64,000 nt of DNA from Candidatus Levyibacteriota bacterium (GTDB lineage Bacteria; Patescibacteriota; Microgenomatia; Levybacterales; GWA1-39-11): the NCBI GenBank assembly GCA_039738415.1, contig JBCLLY010000003.1, positions 17,084 to 81,083 on the forward strand, given 5' to 3'. Positions within the stretch are counted from its first letter, which is position 1, and each line of letters begins with the position of its first letter. Below, piece after piece: positions 55,507 to 64,000 of this stretch. A model generated the notes under the pieces. The model saw only the letters and a list, made by a program, of their open reading frames with translations, ran no database searches and was not told the DNA's origin. Position numbers and translations under genes: made by a program.

Positions 55507-57162
55507 TTACCAGCTTGTTCTTATATGATCCATTGCATACTTTAGGGTTCCGTTTACTTTCTTACCGGGATTAAAAATGTTATACGGGTCAAAAATTCTT
55601 TTTGTCTCCTCGAAAAGTTTAATTATTTTTGCGCCATACATCTGCTCAAGATAGGGTGTGCGAATAATACCATCGTTGTGTTCCCCCGTAATTGAGCCTT
55701 TGTATTTTGCAATAATTCTATAGACTTTATCCGATATTTCAGGAATTGCAGTTCTTACTTTGGGATTTTTTATATCAACCAGAGGTATGATATGGAAATT
55801 GCCGTTCCCGACGTGCCCCGCAACCGTATACATGAACTCCGGATGTTTCTTAAGAATGTCAGTTATTTTAGGTAAAACTTCCGCTATATACTCAGGTTTT
55901 ATAACAAAGTCGTCTATAAAAGGTGCTGTGTGTTTGTTGCGAATTTTTTTTCTTAACAAATTAAAACTTTCACGGCGGACTAACCAGTATTTTTTCTCTT
56001 GCCCCTCTTCAGCTATTTGAATTAAAGGATGCATAGGTTTTAGTCTTTCACGTAAAGTTTTTAATTTTTCCTCAATTTCATCACGGTTATTGCCTGCAAA
56101 ATCAACCTGAAGAACAAGTTTTGGAAGTTTTTTTCCTGTAAACATTGAAATAAATGCCGGTAAGAATGCAAGGCCGGCAGAAATCATACCGATTAGTCCG
56201 AGTTGTCTTGCAAATTCAGGAAAATATTTTAAAGCAAGCATCAATGTATTGTCGTCATATGACTCAAAGCTTTCCGGGTCTAAAAAAAGAACTTCATCAA
56301 TAATTTGTTTTAGGTGCGCGGTGCTTTTAAGATAAATAATTAACATACCGTGGTGCGCACGAACGGGAACAAGTTCCAAATCTCCTTCAATCATTAATCC
56401 AAGAGTCCCTTGCGCGCCTGTCCAAAGCTGAGTTAAGTCAAAAATTCCCTTTTCTCTATCATATACATTCCATAATAAATACCCCGCTGAGTTCTTTGAA
56501 ACATCGGGTTTTGCTTTCATTATAACTTCGTAATTATCATTAATTAACTTGTACATTTTTCTATAAACGCTTCCCTCAAAGTTTTTTTGGTCCATTTTTT
56601 TCCTTAACCCCTCTTGCGTAAGGGGTGTAAATTCGTAAATCTTTCCGTCGGAAAGCACTGCCTTAACGCGCTTTACATACTTTTCGGTTTGACCATACTG
56701 TAGAGATTTTTCTCCTCCCGAATTATTATTAAATATTCCCCCCATAGCACATAGTCCTTTTGATGCCGGGTATGACGGAAAAATTAAATTTTTCTCAAGA
56801 GTTTTTTCTTCAAAGTCGCGATAAAAAACACCGGGCTGTGTGGTTGCTATATTTCCGTTTATTCTTGGGATGTGGTTAAAATATTTATTAAAAGAAACGA
56901 TAATGGACTCATTAATTGCGCCACCGCTCATATCTGTTCCAGCGCAGCGCCCGGTAAGAGAAAGTCCTGGGTGTTGCTTTTTATTTTTATTTACAAAATT
57001 AACTAGAGTCCTAATATCATCTTCTCCCTTTGGAAAAACAACAACCTCGGGCTTAACTTCAAAAAGCGAGGCGTCATGACTATATTCGATAAGAGTTTGT
57101 TCGTCCGTTAAAACGTCACCCTCAATGGTTTTTTTTAATTCGTTTAATAAGTTCTGATCCAT
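55507..57162 (-). CDS. FAD-linked oxidase (GlcD/D-lactate dehydrogenase-like)
   Basis: PCMH-type FAD-binding N-terminal domain (LTGRCAGTDMSGGAI), C-terminal GSITGEHNDGIIR. Confidence 0.75.
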   Translation of the reverse strand: MDQNLLNELKKTIEGDVLTDEQTLIEYSHDASLFEVKPEVVVFPKGEDDIRTLVNFVNKNKKQHPGLSLTGRCAGTDMSGGAINESIIVSFNKYFNHIPRINGNIATTQPGVFYRDFEEKTLEKNLIFPSYPASKGLCAMGGIFNNNSGGEKSLQYGQTEKYVKRVKAVLSDGKIYEFTPLTQEGLRKKMDQKNFEGSVYRKMYKLINDNYEVIMKAKPDVSKNSAGYLLWNVYDREKGIFDLTQLWTGAQGTLGLMIEGDLELVPVRAHHGMLIIYLKSTAHLKQIIDEVLFLDPESFESYDDNTLMLALKYFPEFARQLGLIGMISAGLAFLPAFISMFTGKKLPKLVLQVDFAGNNRDEIEEKLKTLRERLKPMHPLIQIAEEGQEKKYWLVRRESFNLLRKKIRNKHTAPFIDDFVIKPEYIAEVLPKITDILKKHPEFMYTVAGHVGNGNFHIIPLVDIKNPKVRTAIPEISDKVYRIIAKYKGSITGEHNDGIIRTPYLEQMYGAKIIKLFEETKRIFDPYNIFNPGKKVNGTLKYAMDHIRTSW

Positions 57163-57163
57163 A

Positions 57164-57270
57164 ATTTCTAATTATTCTAATTTCTAATTAATCTAATCAA
57201 GCACTAATTATCTAATGTCCAATAGTGCCGGAATTCATTATCTAGAAATTAGGTCAATTAGGTTAATTTT
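57164..57270. repeat. Gene-less counterpart of the four-helix-bundle cassette arms
   Basis: Left arm is 34/37 identical to 27211-27247. Right arm TTAGGTCAATTAG+GTTAATTTT is identical to 27637-27675 minus an 18-nt stutter. The 48-nt centre holds a GCACTA/TAGTGC hairpin. Confidence 0.65.
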
Positions 57271-58253
57271 CTACTTATTGCTTTTTTTACGGCACCAATT
57301 ATTGCTTCACTATCCATTTCATATTTTTTGAGTAATTCTTCAGGTTTGCCTGACTCGCCGAATACATCGCGCATTCCTACAAATTCCATAGAGGTAGGTG
57401 AGTGTTGCGCCAGCGTTTCTGCTATCACGCCACCCAGCCCTCCTGCTATTTGGTGGTCTTCAACTGTTACTACCGCACCGATTTGTTTTGCCTGTTCTAT
57501 AATTGTTTGTGTGTCTAGAGGTTTTATTGTATGAACATTTGTAACCAGAGTATTTATCCCCTCCTGCTCAAGTTTTTTTGCTGCAACTAAAGCGTAGTAA
57601 GTCATATATCCTGTCGCAAAAATAACCGCTTGAGGGGTTTCACTTACCCAGAAAGTTTGTGCTTTTCCTACCTCAAAAGGAGTTTCCGGAGTTGTCATAA
57701 TCGGAGATTTATCGCGGGAAAACCGTAAATAACATGGTCCATATTCATTTCCTGAGGCAATCGTTGCCAAATTTGCCTGGATGCTGTCACAAGGAATAAT
57801 TATTTTAATTCCGGGCCAGGAGCGAACACTTGCGATATCTTCAGTTGCCTGATGAGTTGCACCATCAGGTCCTGTCATAACTCCCGCGTGGTGTCCCGCA
57901 ATTTTTACATTTGAATTGTTGTATATGATAGTAGTTCTAATTGTTTCCCAATTTTTTCCCGGAGAAAATGTCGCGTAAGAGGAGATAAATACTGTTTTAC
58001 CGGATACTCCCATGCCGGCTGCGATTGCTGCCATGTTTTGCTCGGCGACACCCACTTGAAAAAAGCGCTCAGGATACGCTTTTGCGAATTTATCAGCCTT
58101 AGTCGATTCTGTTAAATCTGCGGATAATGCTACGACGTTTGGATTAGTCTTGCCAAGCTCAAACAACCCCGTACCGTACCCGCTTCTTGTCGCGTCTTTT
58201 TCAACGTCCTGCCCAAAAATCTTTTCGTTTAATTTTAAATCAGGATTAAGCAT
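57258..58253 (-). CDS. Transketolase, C-terminal (pyrimidine-binding) subunit
   Basis: FQVGVAEQNMAAIAAGM motif. Paired with the upstream N-terminal subunit gene. Confidence 0.9.
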   Translation of the reverse strand: MLNPDLKLNEKIFGQDVEKDATRSGYGTGLFELGKTNPNVVALSADLTESTKADKFAKAYPERFFQVGVAEQNMAAIAAGMGVSGKTVFISSYATFSPGKNWETIRTTIIYNNSNVKIAGHHAGVMTGPDGATHQATEDIASVRSWPGIKIIIPCDSIQANLATIASGNEYGPCYLRFSRDKSPIMTTPETPFEVGKAQTFWVSETPQAVIFATGYMTYYALVAAKKLEQEGINTLVTNVHTIKPLDTQTIIEQAKQIGAVVTVEDHQIAGGLGGVIAETLAQHSPTSMEFVGMRDVFGESGKPEELLKKYEMDSEAIIGAVKKAISRKLT

Positions 58254-58254
58254 A

Positions 58255-59118
58255 TTATTGATGTTCGCTTTTAATTTTCCCTTGCAAAGTTCTTAGTTCC
58301 GAAAGAGCTTCTTTTGCCTGTTTCTCATCAGGAGATTTTCCGTGCCATAAATAATTATTCTCCATAAAATCGACTCCCAGACCGGGGATGGTATGTGCTA
58401 TTATTACGCTCGGTTGCTCGTGAACTGAACGTGCTTGCCTGACAGCGTCAACAAATCCTTCGAGATTATTCCCGTCGGTTTCTATTACATACCAGTTGAA
58501 AGATTCGTATTTAAGGCGGAGAGTTTCAAGCGGCATAACGTTTTCGGTCGTTCCGTCAATTTGAATATTATTTCTATCAATTACCACGGTTAAGTTATCA
58601 AGTTTATATTTTGCCGCAAACATTATTGCTTCCCAAGTATTCCCCTCCTGATGCTCGCCGTCTGAGGTAAGGCAATAGATTTGATGGCGCTTATTATCCA
58701 TTCTTGCAGCAAGCGCCATTCCGATACTTTGGGAAATCCCTTCGCCGAGCGGTCCTGATGTTGTTTCAATTCCGGGAAGAGCGGTTCTGTGAGGATGACC
58801 TTGCAGACGCGAATTTAGTTTTCTTAAAGTCATAAGCTCTTTTATGGGAAAATACCCTGCTTTTGCAAGAGTGACGTATAGGACTGGACAAATATGTCCA
58901 TTCGATAGGACTAATCTGTCACGCCCATCCCAGTCTGGTTTTTTAGGATCATGGTTTAGAATATGAAAGTAAAATGCCGTAAATATATCTGCCATACCCA
59001 GTGGCCCTGCAGAGTGTCCCGAGCCGGCTTCAAGAAGCATTTTTATGATAAGCTCCCGTATCTCAACTGCAATTCCCCGCAACTCGAGTTCTTTTTTGTC
59101 CGTTAAATCGTCAATCAT
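58255..59118 (-). CDS. Transketolase, N-terminal (TPP-binding) subunit
   Basis: GHSAGPLGMADI, SDGEHQEGNTWEA, SNGH. Confidence 0.9.
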   Translation of the reverse strand: MIDDLTDKKELELRGIAVEIRELIIKMLLEAGSGHSAGPLGMADIFTAFYFHILNHDPKKPDWDGRDRLVLSNGHICPVLYVTLAKAGYFPIKELMTLRKLNSRLQGHPHRTALPGIETTSGPLGEGISQSIGMALAARMDNKRHQIYCLTSDGEHQEGNTWEAIMFAAKYKLDNLTVVIDRNNIQIDGTTENVMPLETLRLKYESFNWYVIETDGNNLEGFVDAVRQARSVHEQPSVIIAHTIPGLGVDFMENNYLWHGKSPDEKQAKEALSELRTLQGKIKSEHQ

Positions 59119-60394
59119 TGTTTTTAAATACTAACATGAAATCTGCGACATTGGAAGGAAGCCTCCCTGTTTTTACTTGAGAATTTGTTTTTTCAAAAAA
59201 TGTATATGAGTCGTTATTTCTCAAATACTCATCTATATCTAAATTTTGCGCTAACGCTTTTTCTTTCGTAATTTTATCAGCAATTGCTCCCGCAGCATCA
59301 GTAAAATCCCATCCGTCGCTTGCGATAGAGCAAAAAAGAGTATTGTCATCAATTATTTTAAGAGCTTCAAGTGAAGTCTGCTGATTACGACCGCCTTTTC
59401 CATTTCCTCTTACCTCAACTGTTGTTTCACCTGCAGCAATAAGTAACCCTTTTTCTTTTAAGTTTGAAACTAATTCATTTGCAACTTCACTAGGTAGACC
59501 TTTTATACTATCAGAATATCTTACGCAGTTAATATTCATTGATTTTGCTTTCTGTTCTACTGCATCAAGAAGGGTACTGTTACTTAAAACTATAGTATTT
59601 TTTACATTTGTAAAATATTTATCATCGTGAGTATTATCTATAAATGCTTCGCGCGGTAAATTAATCTGCTCAGACAAATTATATTTATTTATAATGTTTA
59701 CTGCATCATCAATACTTGTAGCGGTTTTTACAGTTGGACCAGATGCTATGTACCGGATATCGTTTCCGATAACGTCAGAATATATTAGCGTTATAATGTG
59801 TGCGGGATACAGAATTTGCGCGAGCCCTCCGCCTTTTACATCAGATAAATGTTGACGGACGATATTTATTTCAGAAATATCAGCACCGGATTTTAAGAGA
59901 ACTTTTCCAACATTAATTTTTTCCTCTAAAGAAATACTATGAGGATGAACTAGCATCGCAGATCCTCCACCACAAACAACGACAAGCACTAAATTTTTTT
60001 CAGACAAATTGCTCATATTTAGCATCATATTCTCAGTAAATTTAAGATTTTGCTCAGATGGAAGAGGATGGGTGCCTAAAGAAAATTTTATTTTAGAAAA
60101 AACTTCCTCTTCAGTGTCAATTACGTATCCTGTCGTTAGCTTTTCTCCTAATAAGTCTTCCAAAAGTTTTGAATTTCTAGCAGCGCCTTTTCCAAAGCCT
60201 ATGATATAAACATTGCTATACTCATCCAAGTTATAAGCTTTGTCGGTAATCGTGAGGATGTTATTTTCAAATTTTATATTTTTACTAAAAACTGTTTCCG
60301 GTTGGATAGAATTTAGACCCTCTTCAATTAATTCCAAAAGTATACTTCTATCTTCTGATTGATTAAGTTCATCATAATTTTTGATTAGACTCAT
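59111..60394 (-). CDS. Glycerate 2-kinase (DUF4147/MOFRL family)
   Basis: AAGETTVEVRGNGKGGRNQ and C-terminal MOFRL-like region (SIASDGWDFTDAAGA). Confidence 0.8.
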   Translation of the reverse strand: MSLIKNYDELNQSEDRSILLELIEEGLNSIQPETVFSKNIKFENNILTITDKAYNLDEYSNVYIIGFGKGAARNSKLLEDLLGEKLTTGYVIDTEEEVFSKIKFSLGTHPLPSEQNLKFTENMMLNMSNLSEKNLVLVVVCGGGSAMLVHPHSISLEEKINVGKVLLKSGADISEINIVRQHLSDVKGGGLAQILYPAHIITLIYSDVIGNDIRYIASGPTVKTATSIDDAVNIINKYNLSEQINLPREAFIDNTHDDKYFTNVKNTIVLSNSTLLDAVEQKAKSMNINCVRYSDSIKGLPSEVANELVSNLKEKGLLIAAGETTVEVRGNGKGGRNQQTSLEALKIIDDNTLFCSIASDGWDFTDAAGAIADKITKEKALAQNLDIDEYLRNNDSYTFFEKTNSQVKTGRLPSNVADFMLVFKNND

Positions 60395-60553
60395 TATTTT
60401 AGTTTAGAGATTTAGTCTGTCTAAGTAAAGCAATTGTGATATAATATTCTAGATAAACGGTAAGGATAACCGAATATGCAAAATTTTAGAAATTTCTGCA
60501 CACATAGATTCTAATTTTTAACTCCGGTATTCCTTTGAAAATTAATTAATTGT

Positions 60554-61720
60554 ATGAGCGATTCAAATAAAAGAGACGAGTATATAAAAAAACTCGAAAG
60601 TATAACGTCACTTTCCCGTGAGGAAGCAAAAAAGCTTTTGTTAGCTGAAGTTGAGGAAGATTCAAAAGCAGATATTGTAAAAATAATCAAAGAGGCAGAA
60701 GAAGAAGCAAAGTTAATAGCCCACAAAAAAGCACAGGAAATAATTGCCGATGCGATAAAGCACGGGGCTCTAGATTTTCTCCCTGAATATACAGTGTCGG
60801 TTATTAAAATTGATGACGACGACATGAAAGGGAGAATTATAGGAAAAGAGGGGCGGAATATCCGCGCATTTGAAGATGCGACAGGAGTGGATGTAGATTT
60901 AGAGGAAAAGGGGCTAATCCGTCTGTCTAGCTTTGACCCGGTAAGACGCCAAATTGCAAAACAATCCCTAGAGCTACTGATAAAAGATACACGGATTCAA
61001 CCTGTCAGGATAGAAGAGATTGTTGATATGAAGAAAAAAGAAATGCAAAAAATTCTTTTTGAAGAGGGAGAAAGACTTGCACACAGCGTTAAAGCTTTTA
61101 ATGTTCATCCTGATCTGCTTTCTGTTTTGGGACGCTTTAAATTTAGAACTTCTTTTGGGCAAAACCTTTTAGTTCACACTCTGGAGGAGACAAAAATTGG
61201 AATGCAGATAGCCTTCGAGCTGGGTGCAGATGCTGAGATTGTAAAGCTTGGTTGTTTATTCCACGATATAGGAAAGGTAGTAACTGACAAAGAGGGAAGT
61301 CATGTAGACTTGGGAGTGGATCTGCTGAACCGTTATAAAATCCCTAAAGAAATAGTAAATTGCGTAGCAGAACACCATGAGGATAAGCCATTTTCATCAA
61401 TTGAATCCGTTGTAGTACACGTTGCGGATGCTATTTCAGGAGCCCGTCCCGGAGCACGACATGAGGATTTGCAGGATTATATGAAAAGAATTAAGGATAT
61501 GGAAGAAATTGCAAAAAGCTTTAATGGAGTTGACGATGCATATGCATTTGAGGCAGGTCGTGAGATAAGAGTAATTGTCAATCCCGGAAAATTAGATGAT
61601 GTGGAGTCAACAATTCTTGCAAAACGTATTAAGGACGAAGTTGACAGAAAAGTTATAGTCCCTGGAGTAGTTAGGGTTACAGTAATACGCGACTTCAGAG
61701 TAACCGAACCTAAAGAATAA
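60554..61720 (+). CDS. rny: Ribonuclease Y lacking the usual N-terminal membrane anchor
   Basis: KH motif GRIIGKEGRNIRAFE, HD motif LFHDIGK...AEHHE. 388 aa. Confidence 0.88.
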   Translation: MSDSNKRDEYIKKLESITSLSREEAKKLLLAEVEEDSKADIVKIIKEAEEEAKLIAHKKAQEIIADAIKHGALDFLPEYTVSVIKIDDDDMKGRIIGKEGRNIRAFEDATGVDVDLEEKGLIRLSSFDPVRRQIAKQSLELLIKDTRIQPVRIEEIVDMKKKEMQKILFEEGERLAHSVKAFNVHPDLLSVLGRFKFRTSFGQNLLVHTLEETKIGMQIAFELGADAEIVKLGCLFHDIGKVVTDKEGSHVDLGVDLLNRYKIPKEIVNCVAEHHEDKPFSSIESVVVHVADAISGARPGARHEDLQDYMKRIKDMEEIAKSFNGVDDAYAFEAGREIRVIVNPGKLDDVESTILAKRIKDEVDRKVIVPGVVRVTVIRDFRVTEPKE

Positions 61721-61751
61721 TCCCACAAAATTGAACAATAAATTATCCTTC

Positions 61752-61780
61752 TTGACAAAGGAATGTATAGTTTGTATTGT
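61752..61780 (+). promoter_or_regulatory. hup promoter
   Basis: TTGACA 61752-61757, 17-nt spacer, TATTGT 61775-61780. Confidence 0.6.
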
Positions 61781-61798
61781 TAAATCAAGTAAAACTAT

Positions 61799-61908
61799 CC
61801 GCCCGATTTTTCTTCAAGCCTTTTCAGTTCAATTTTGAACACGGCTTGAAGAGCAATCTTTGGCGGATGTAAGAAAGTGTAATTGCTCTAAAGTCGCAAA
61901 CACTTTCT
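61799..61908 (+). promoter_or_regulatory. Structured 5' leader (or small RNA) upstream of hup
   Basis: Nested helices: CCGCC 61799-61803 with GGCGG 61862-61866, CTTCAAGCC 61812-61820 with GGCTTGAAG 61843-61851, inner GTTCAA-TT-TTGAAC. Second hairpin AGAAAGTGT 61872-61880 with ACACTTTCT 61900-61908. Confidence 0.5.
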
Positions 61909-61928
61909 AACAAAGGGGGTGAATACAT

Positions 61929-62210
61929 ATGTCTGTTACAAAAAAAGAATTAATAGAACTAGTCGCAAAGAAGGGAAATCTTACGAATAAAGCCTCAAAG
62001 CAGGCTGTCAAAGTTTTTCTAGAAGGAATTCGCGATAGTCTAAAACGTGGCGAAAAAGTGGTAATTACAGGATTTGGAACTTTTAGCGTAAGAATTAGAA
62101 AAGAGAGAAAAGGAAGAAATCCAAAAACCGGTGAGGCGATAAAAATTAGTGCCCGCAAAGCACCCGGGTTTACTGCAGGAAAAAGCCTAAAAAAGGCCGT
62201 GAGGGGTTGA
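61929..62210 (+). CDS. hup: DNA-binding protein HU
   Basis: GFGTFSVRIRKERKGRNPKTGE arm motif. SD AAGGGGGTG lies upstream. Confidence 0.95.
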   Translation: MSVTKKELIELVAKKGNLTNKASKQAVKVFLEGIRDSLKRGEKVVITGFGTFSVRIRKERKGRNPKTGEAIKISARKAPGFTAGKSLKKAVRG

Positions 62211-62243
62211 TTGTTGGGGAAAAAATTGAGAAAATCTGCCCAT

Positions 62244-63233
62244 ATGAAAAAGGTAGTATTTATTGTAGGTCCCACAGCAGTTGGAAAAACTAATCTTGGG
62301 CTAAAAATCGCAAAACACTTCAAAGGCAGCATAATTAGCGCCGACTCGGTTCAAGTTTATAAAGACCTTGATATTGTTTCTGGAAAGGATATACCAAAGG
62401 GTTCTAAATTTTCTCTCCTGCCTCAATTTACTAAAGATGGATTACACTCAGGCTATTATACTTTTGACAATATCCGCATTTTTCTATTGGATGTTGTAGC
62501 CCCTTCATTTTCATTCGCTGTTAGTCACTTTTCCGATTTAGCTTCAAAATATGTCCAGTATACTGGACATATGAATATGATGCCAATTGTAGTGGGTGGG
62601 ACAGGTTTGTATATAAAAGCATTGATTGAGGGAATCAATATTGGGGTTAAACCTGATCTGGAATTGAGAAAAAAGCTTGAGAAATTAAATGTGGAAGCAT
62701 TACAATCTCAGCTTAAAAAAATTAACTTAATTAAGTTTGAAAGTATGAATAATTCGGATATTTCAAATAGTAGAAGACTGGTAAGAGCGATTGAAATTAC
62801 TACTTCAAAATTACATAATAATCACTCGATCTCATTCGTAAATCGTAAATCATTAATCATTAATCATAATTATGATAGTTTGGTGATTGGTTTGTATTGC
62901 GATAGAGAAATATTGAAGAAAAAAATTGATAAACGTGTTGAACACCGTTTGGAAAATGGGGCATTGGGAGAGGTAGAAGGATTGTTTGAGAACTATAAAA
63001 TTCTTGCACCACAAGTGAAGGACGCGAATGGATATAAACAACTATTTGAATACTTACTGGGAAAATTAAGCCTTGAAGAAGCTGTTGAAAGATGGAAAAT
63101 AGCAGAATACAAACATGCAAAAAACCAAATGACGTGGTTTAAAAAAGATAGTAGAATTTTGTGGCTTGAAGCCACTAGAGAAGACCTCTTTGAGGCTGTA
63201 AAGTGGGAGATTGATATATTTTTATCGGCTTGA
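62244..63233 (+). CDS. miaA: tRNA dimethylallyltransferase
   Basis: VFIVGPTAVGKT P-loop, SADSVQVYKDLDI. ATG 62244 preferred over the track TTG at 62211. Confidence 0.9.
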   Translation: MKKVVFIVGPTAVGKTNLGLKIAKHFKGSIISADSVQVYKDLDIVSGKDIPKGSKFSLLPQFTKDGLHSGYYTFDNIRIFLLDVVAPSFSFAVSHFSDLASKYVQYTGHMNMMPIVVGGTGLYIKALIEGINIGVKPDLELRKKLEKLNVEALQSQLKKINLIKFESMNNSDISNSRRLVRAIEITTSKLHNNHSISFVNRKSLIINHNYDSLVIGLYCDREILKKKIDKRVEHRLENGALGEVEGLFENYKILAPQVKDANGYKQLFEYLLGKLSLEEAVERWKIAEYKHAKNQMTWFKKDSRILWLEATREDLFEAVKWEIDIFLSA

Positions 63234-63258
63234 CTCATGCTGTAATTTGTCCTATAAT
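63230..63258 (+). promoter_or_regulatory. Consensus promoter for RNase P RNA
   Basis: TTGACT 63230-63235, 17-nt spacer, TATAAT 63253-63258. The predicted start falls at the first base of helix P1. Confidence 0.75.
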
Positions 63259-63264
63259 AAACAT

Positions 63265-63661
63265 GACCTTAGGAAGTAGGGTCGTCGGTTCGATGTCACA
63301 TCGGACAGGAAAGTCCAGACAGGCGTAATGTCGGGGACGGGGCGTAAGCCCTGACGGGAAATTCAGCGCAAGTTGAAGGAACCGCTGGTATCCAAATTCC
63401 TATCTTTGAGAATATCAAAGAATTACTCACATACGGAATTTGGAGCGAATTCTGAATTAACAGAATTTGAGAGCAACAGAGACGAGTGAGAGTGAAACGG
63501 GCAATCCCACCTGCTGCAACCTCCGAACGATGCGAACGTACATTACCTTCCCGATGCAAATCGGGATAGCATCAAAGATTGAGGGCATCAGATAGATGAC
63601 GATCAGGTCCGCTTTAGTAAAGTGGCCCCAACAGAATCTGGCTTACTAACTTCCTAGGGTC
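63265..63661 (+). ncRNA. rnpB: RNase P RNA (bacterial type A)
   Basis: P1 pairing 63265-63277 with 63649-63661. P4 strands GGAAAGTCCAGAC and ACAGAATCTGGCTTA, with the CCAG/CTGG covariation. GTGAAACGG element. T5 follows. Confidence 0.88.
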
Positions 63662-63685
63662 TTTTTAATGGTAAAATACCCCTAA

Positions 63686-64000
63686 ATGATTTCGAAAGAA
63701 TTTTTACAGCAATACAAAAATTTAAATTCCGCCCAAAAAGAGGCAGTAGATTCTACAGAGGGTGCAGTTATGGTAGTTGCCGGTCCCGGGACAGGAAAAA
63801 CTCAGGTACTCACGCTTCGTATTGCAAATATACTGCTAAAAACTCAAATAAACCCCGAAAATATTCTAGCGTTAACTTTTACAGAAGCAGCTTCTTATGA
63901 AATGAGAAAGCGTCTTTTATCTATAATTGGTCAGGATGCATATAGGGTCGAGATTACCACATTCCACTCATTTAGTAATAATTTTATAAAGAGGCACCAG
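63686..64000 (+). CDS. UvrD/PcrA-type superfamily 1 helicase (N-terminal 105 aa; continues beyond the window)
   Basis: Manual translation: MISKEFLQQYKNLNSAQKEAV...VVAGPGTGKTQVLTLRIA...ILALTFTEAAS. Not in the ORF track because no stop falls in the window. Confidence 0.85.
   Translation, partial: MISKEFLQQYKNLNSAQKEAVDSTEGAVMVVAGPGTGKTQVLTLRIANILLKTQINPENILALTFTEAASYEMRKRLLSIIGQDAYRVEITTFHSFSNNFIKRHQ

Noticed and set aside
60511-60825. 104-aa minus-strand ORF at the rny 5' end.
   Set aside because: Antisense to the RNase Y coiled-coil region; S-rich low complexity.
61907-62332. 141-aa minus-strand ORF covering hup and the miaA start.
   Set aside because: Antisense to HU, which has an unmistakable motif and its own SD.
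63296-63559. 87-aa minus-strand ORF.
   Set aside because: It lies entirely inside the RNase P RNA gene on the opposite strand.

Overview
AT-rich, tightly packed bacterial window. Its gene content looks like a reduced-genome Patescibacteria/CPR organism, possibly Microgenomates-like: there is no L30 gene, IMPDH lacks the CBS domain, transketolase is split, and many genes are small. That lineage call is inference only. The backbone is rpoC, rpsL, rpsG, fusA, tuf and rpsJ, then the full S10-spc-alpha ribosomal cluster (rplC to rplQ, rplM, rpsI), then recX-recA, tRNA-Pro(GGG), hup, miaA, RNase P RNA and a UvrD-like helicase 5' end. Two large blocks split the str operon. They carry DUF2130, a cyclophilin, guaBA, a two-subunit ATP-citrate lyase, murB, nucleotide salvage genes, envelope genes, a lexA-dinB SOS module and relBE. 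The unusual signal is mostly small DNA elements. (1) A 383-bp GIY-YIG nuclease cassette with TGTCAT... terminal inverted repeats and hairpin arms sits exactly between aclB and aclA, and gene-less double-hairpin copies occur elsewhere. (2) A four-helix-bundle gene is flanked by CTAATT-word arms, and the same arms recur without the gene at a second locus. (3) A Fic cassette splits rpsJ from rplC and is bounded by a copy of the rpsJ 3' end. (4) Diverged relics of the 3' ends of rpsI and a pterin dehydratase gene lie next to the intact genes. Other points: a perfect GAAC-N4-GTTC SOS box inside the lexA promoter, probable leaderless promoters, rpmJ relocated between rplX and rplE (missing from the ORF track), and long extensions on L3, L4 and L17. 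No rRNA or CRISPR array was seen. All homology calls rest on motifs recognised by eye and on synteny; no database search was run.
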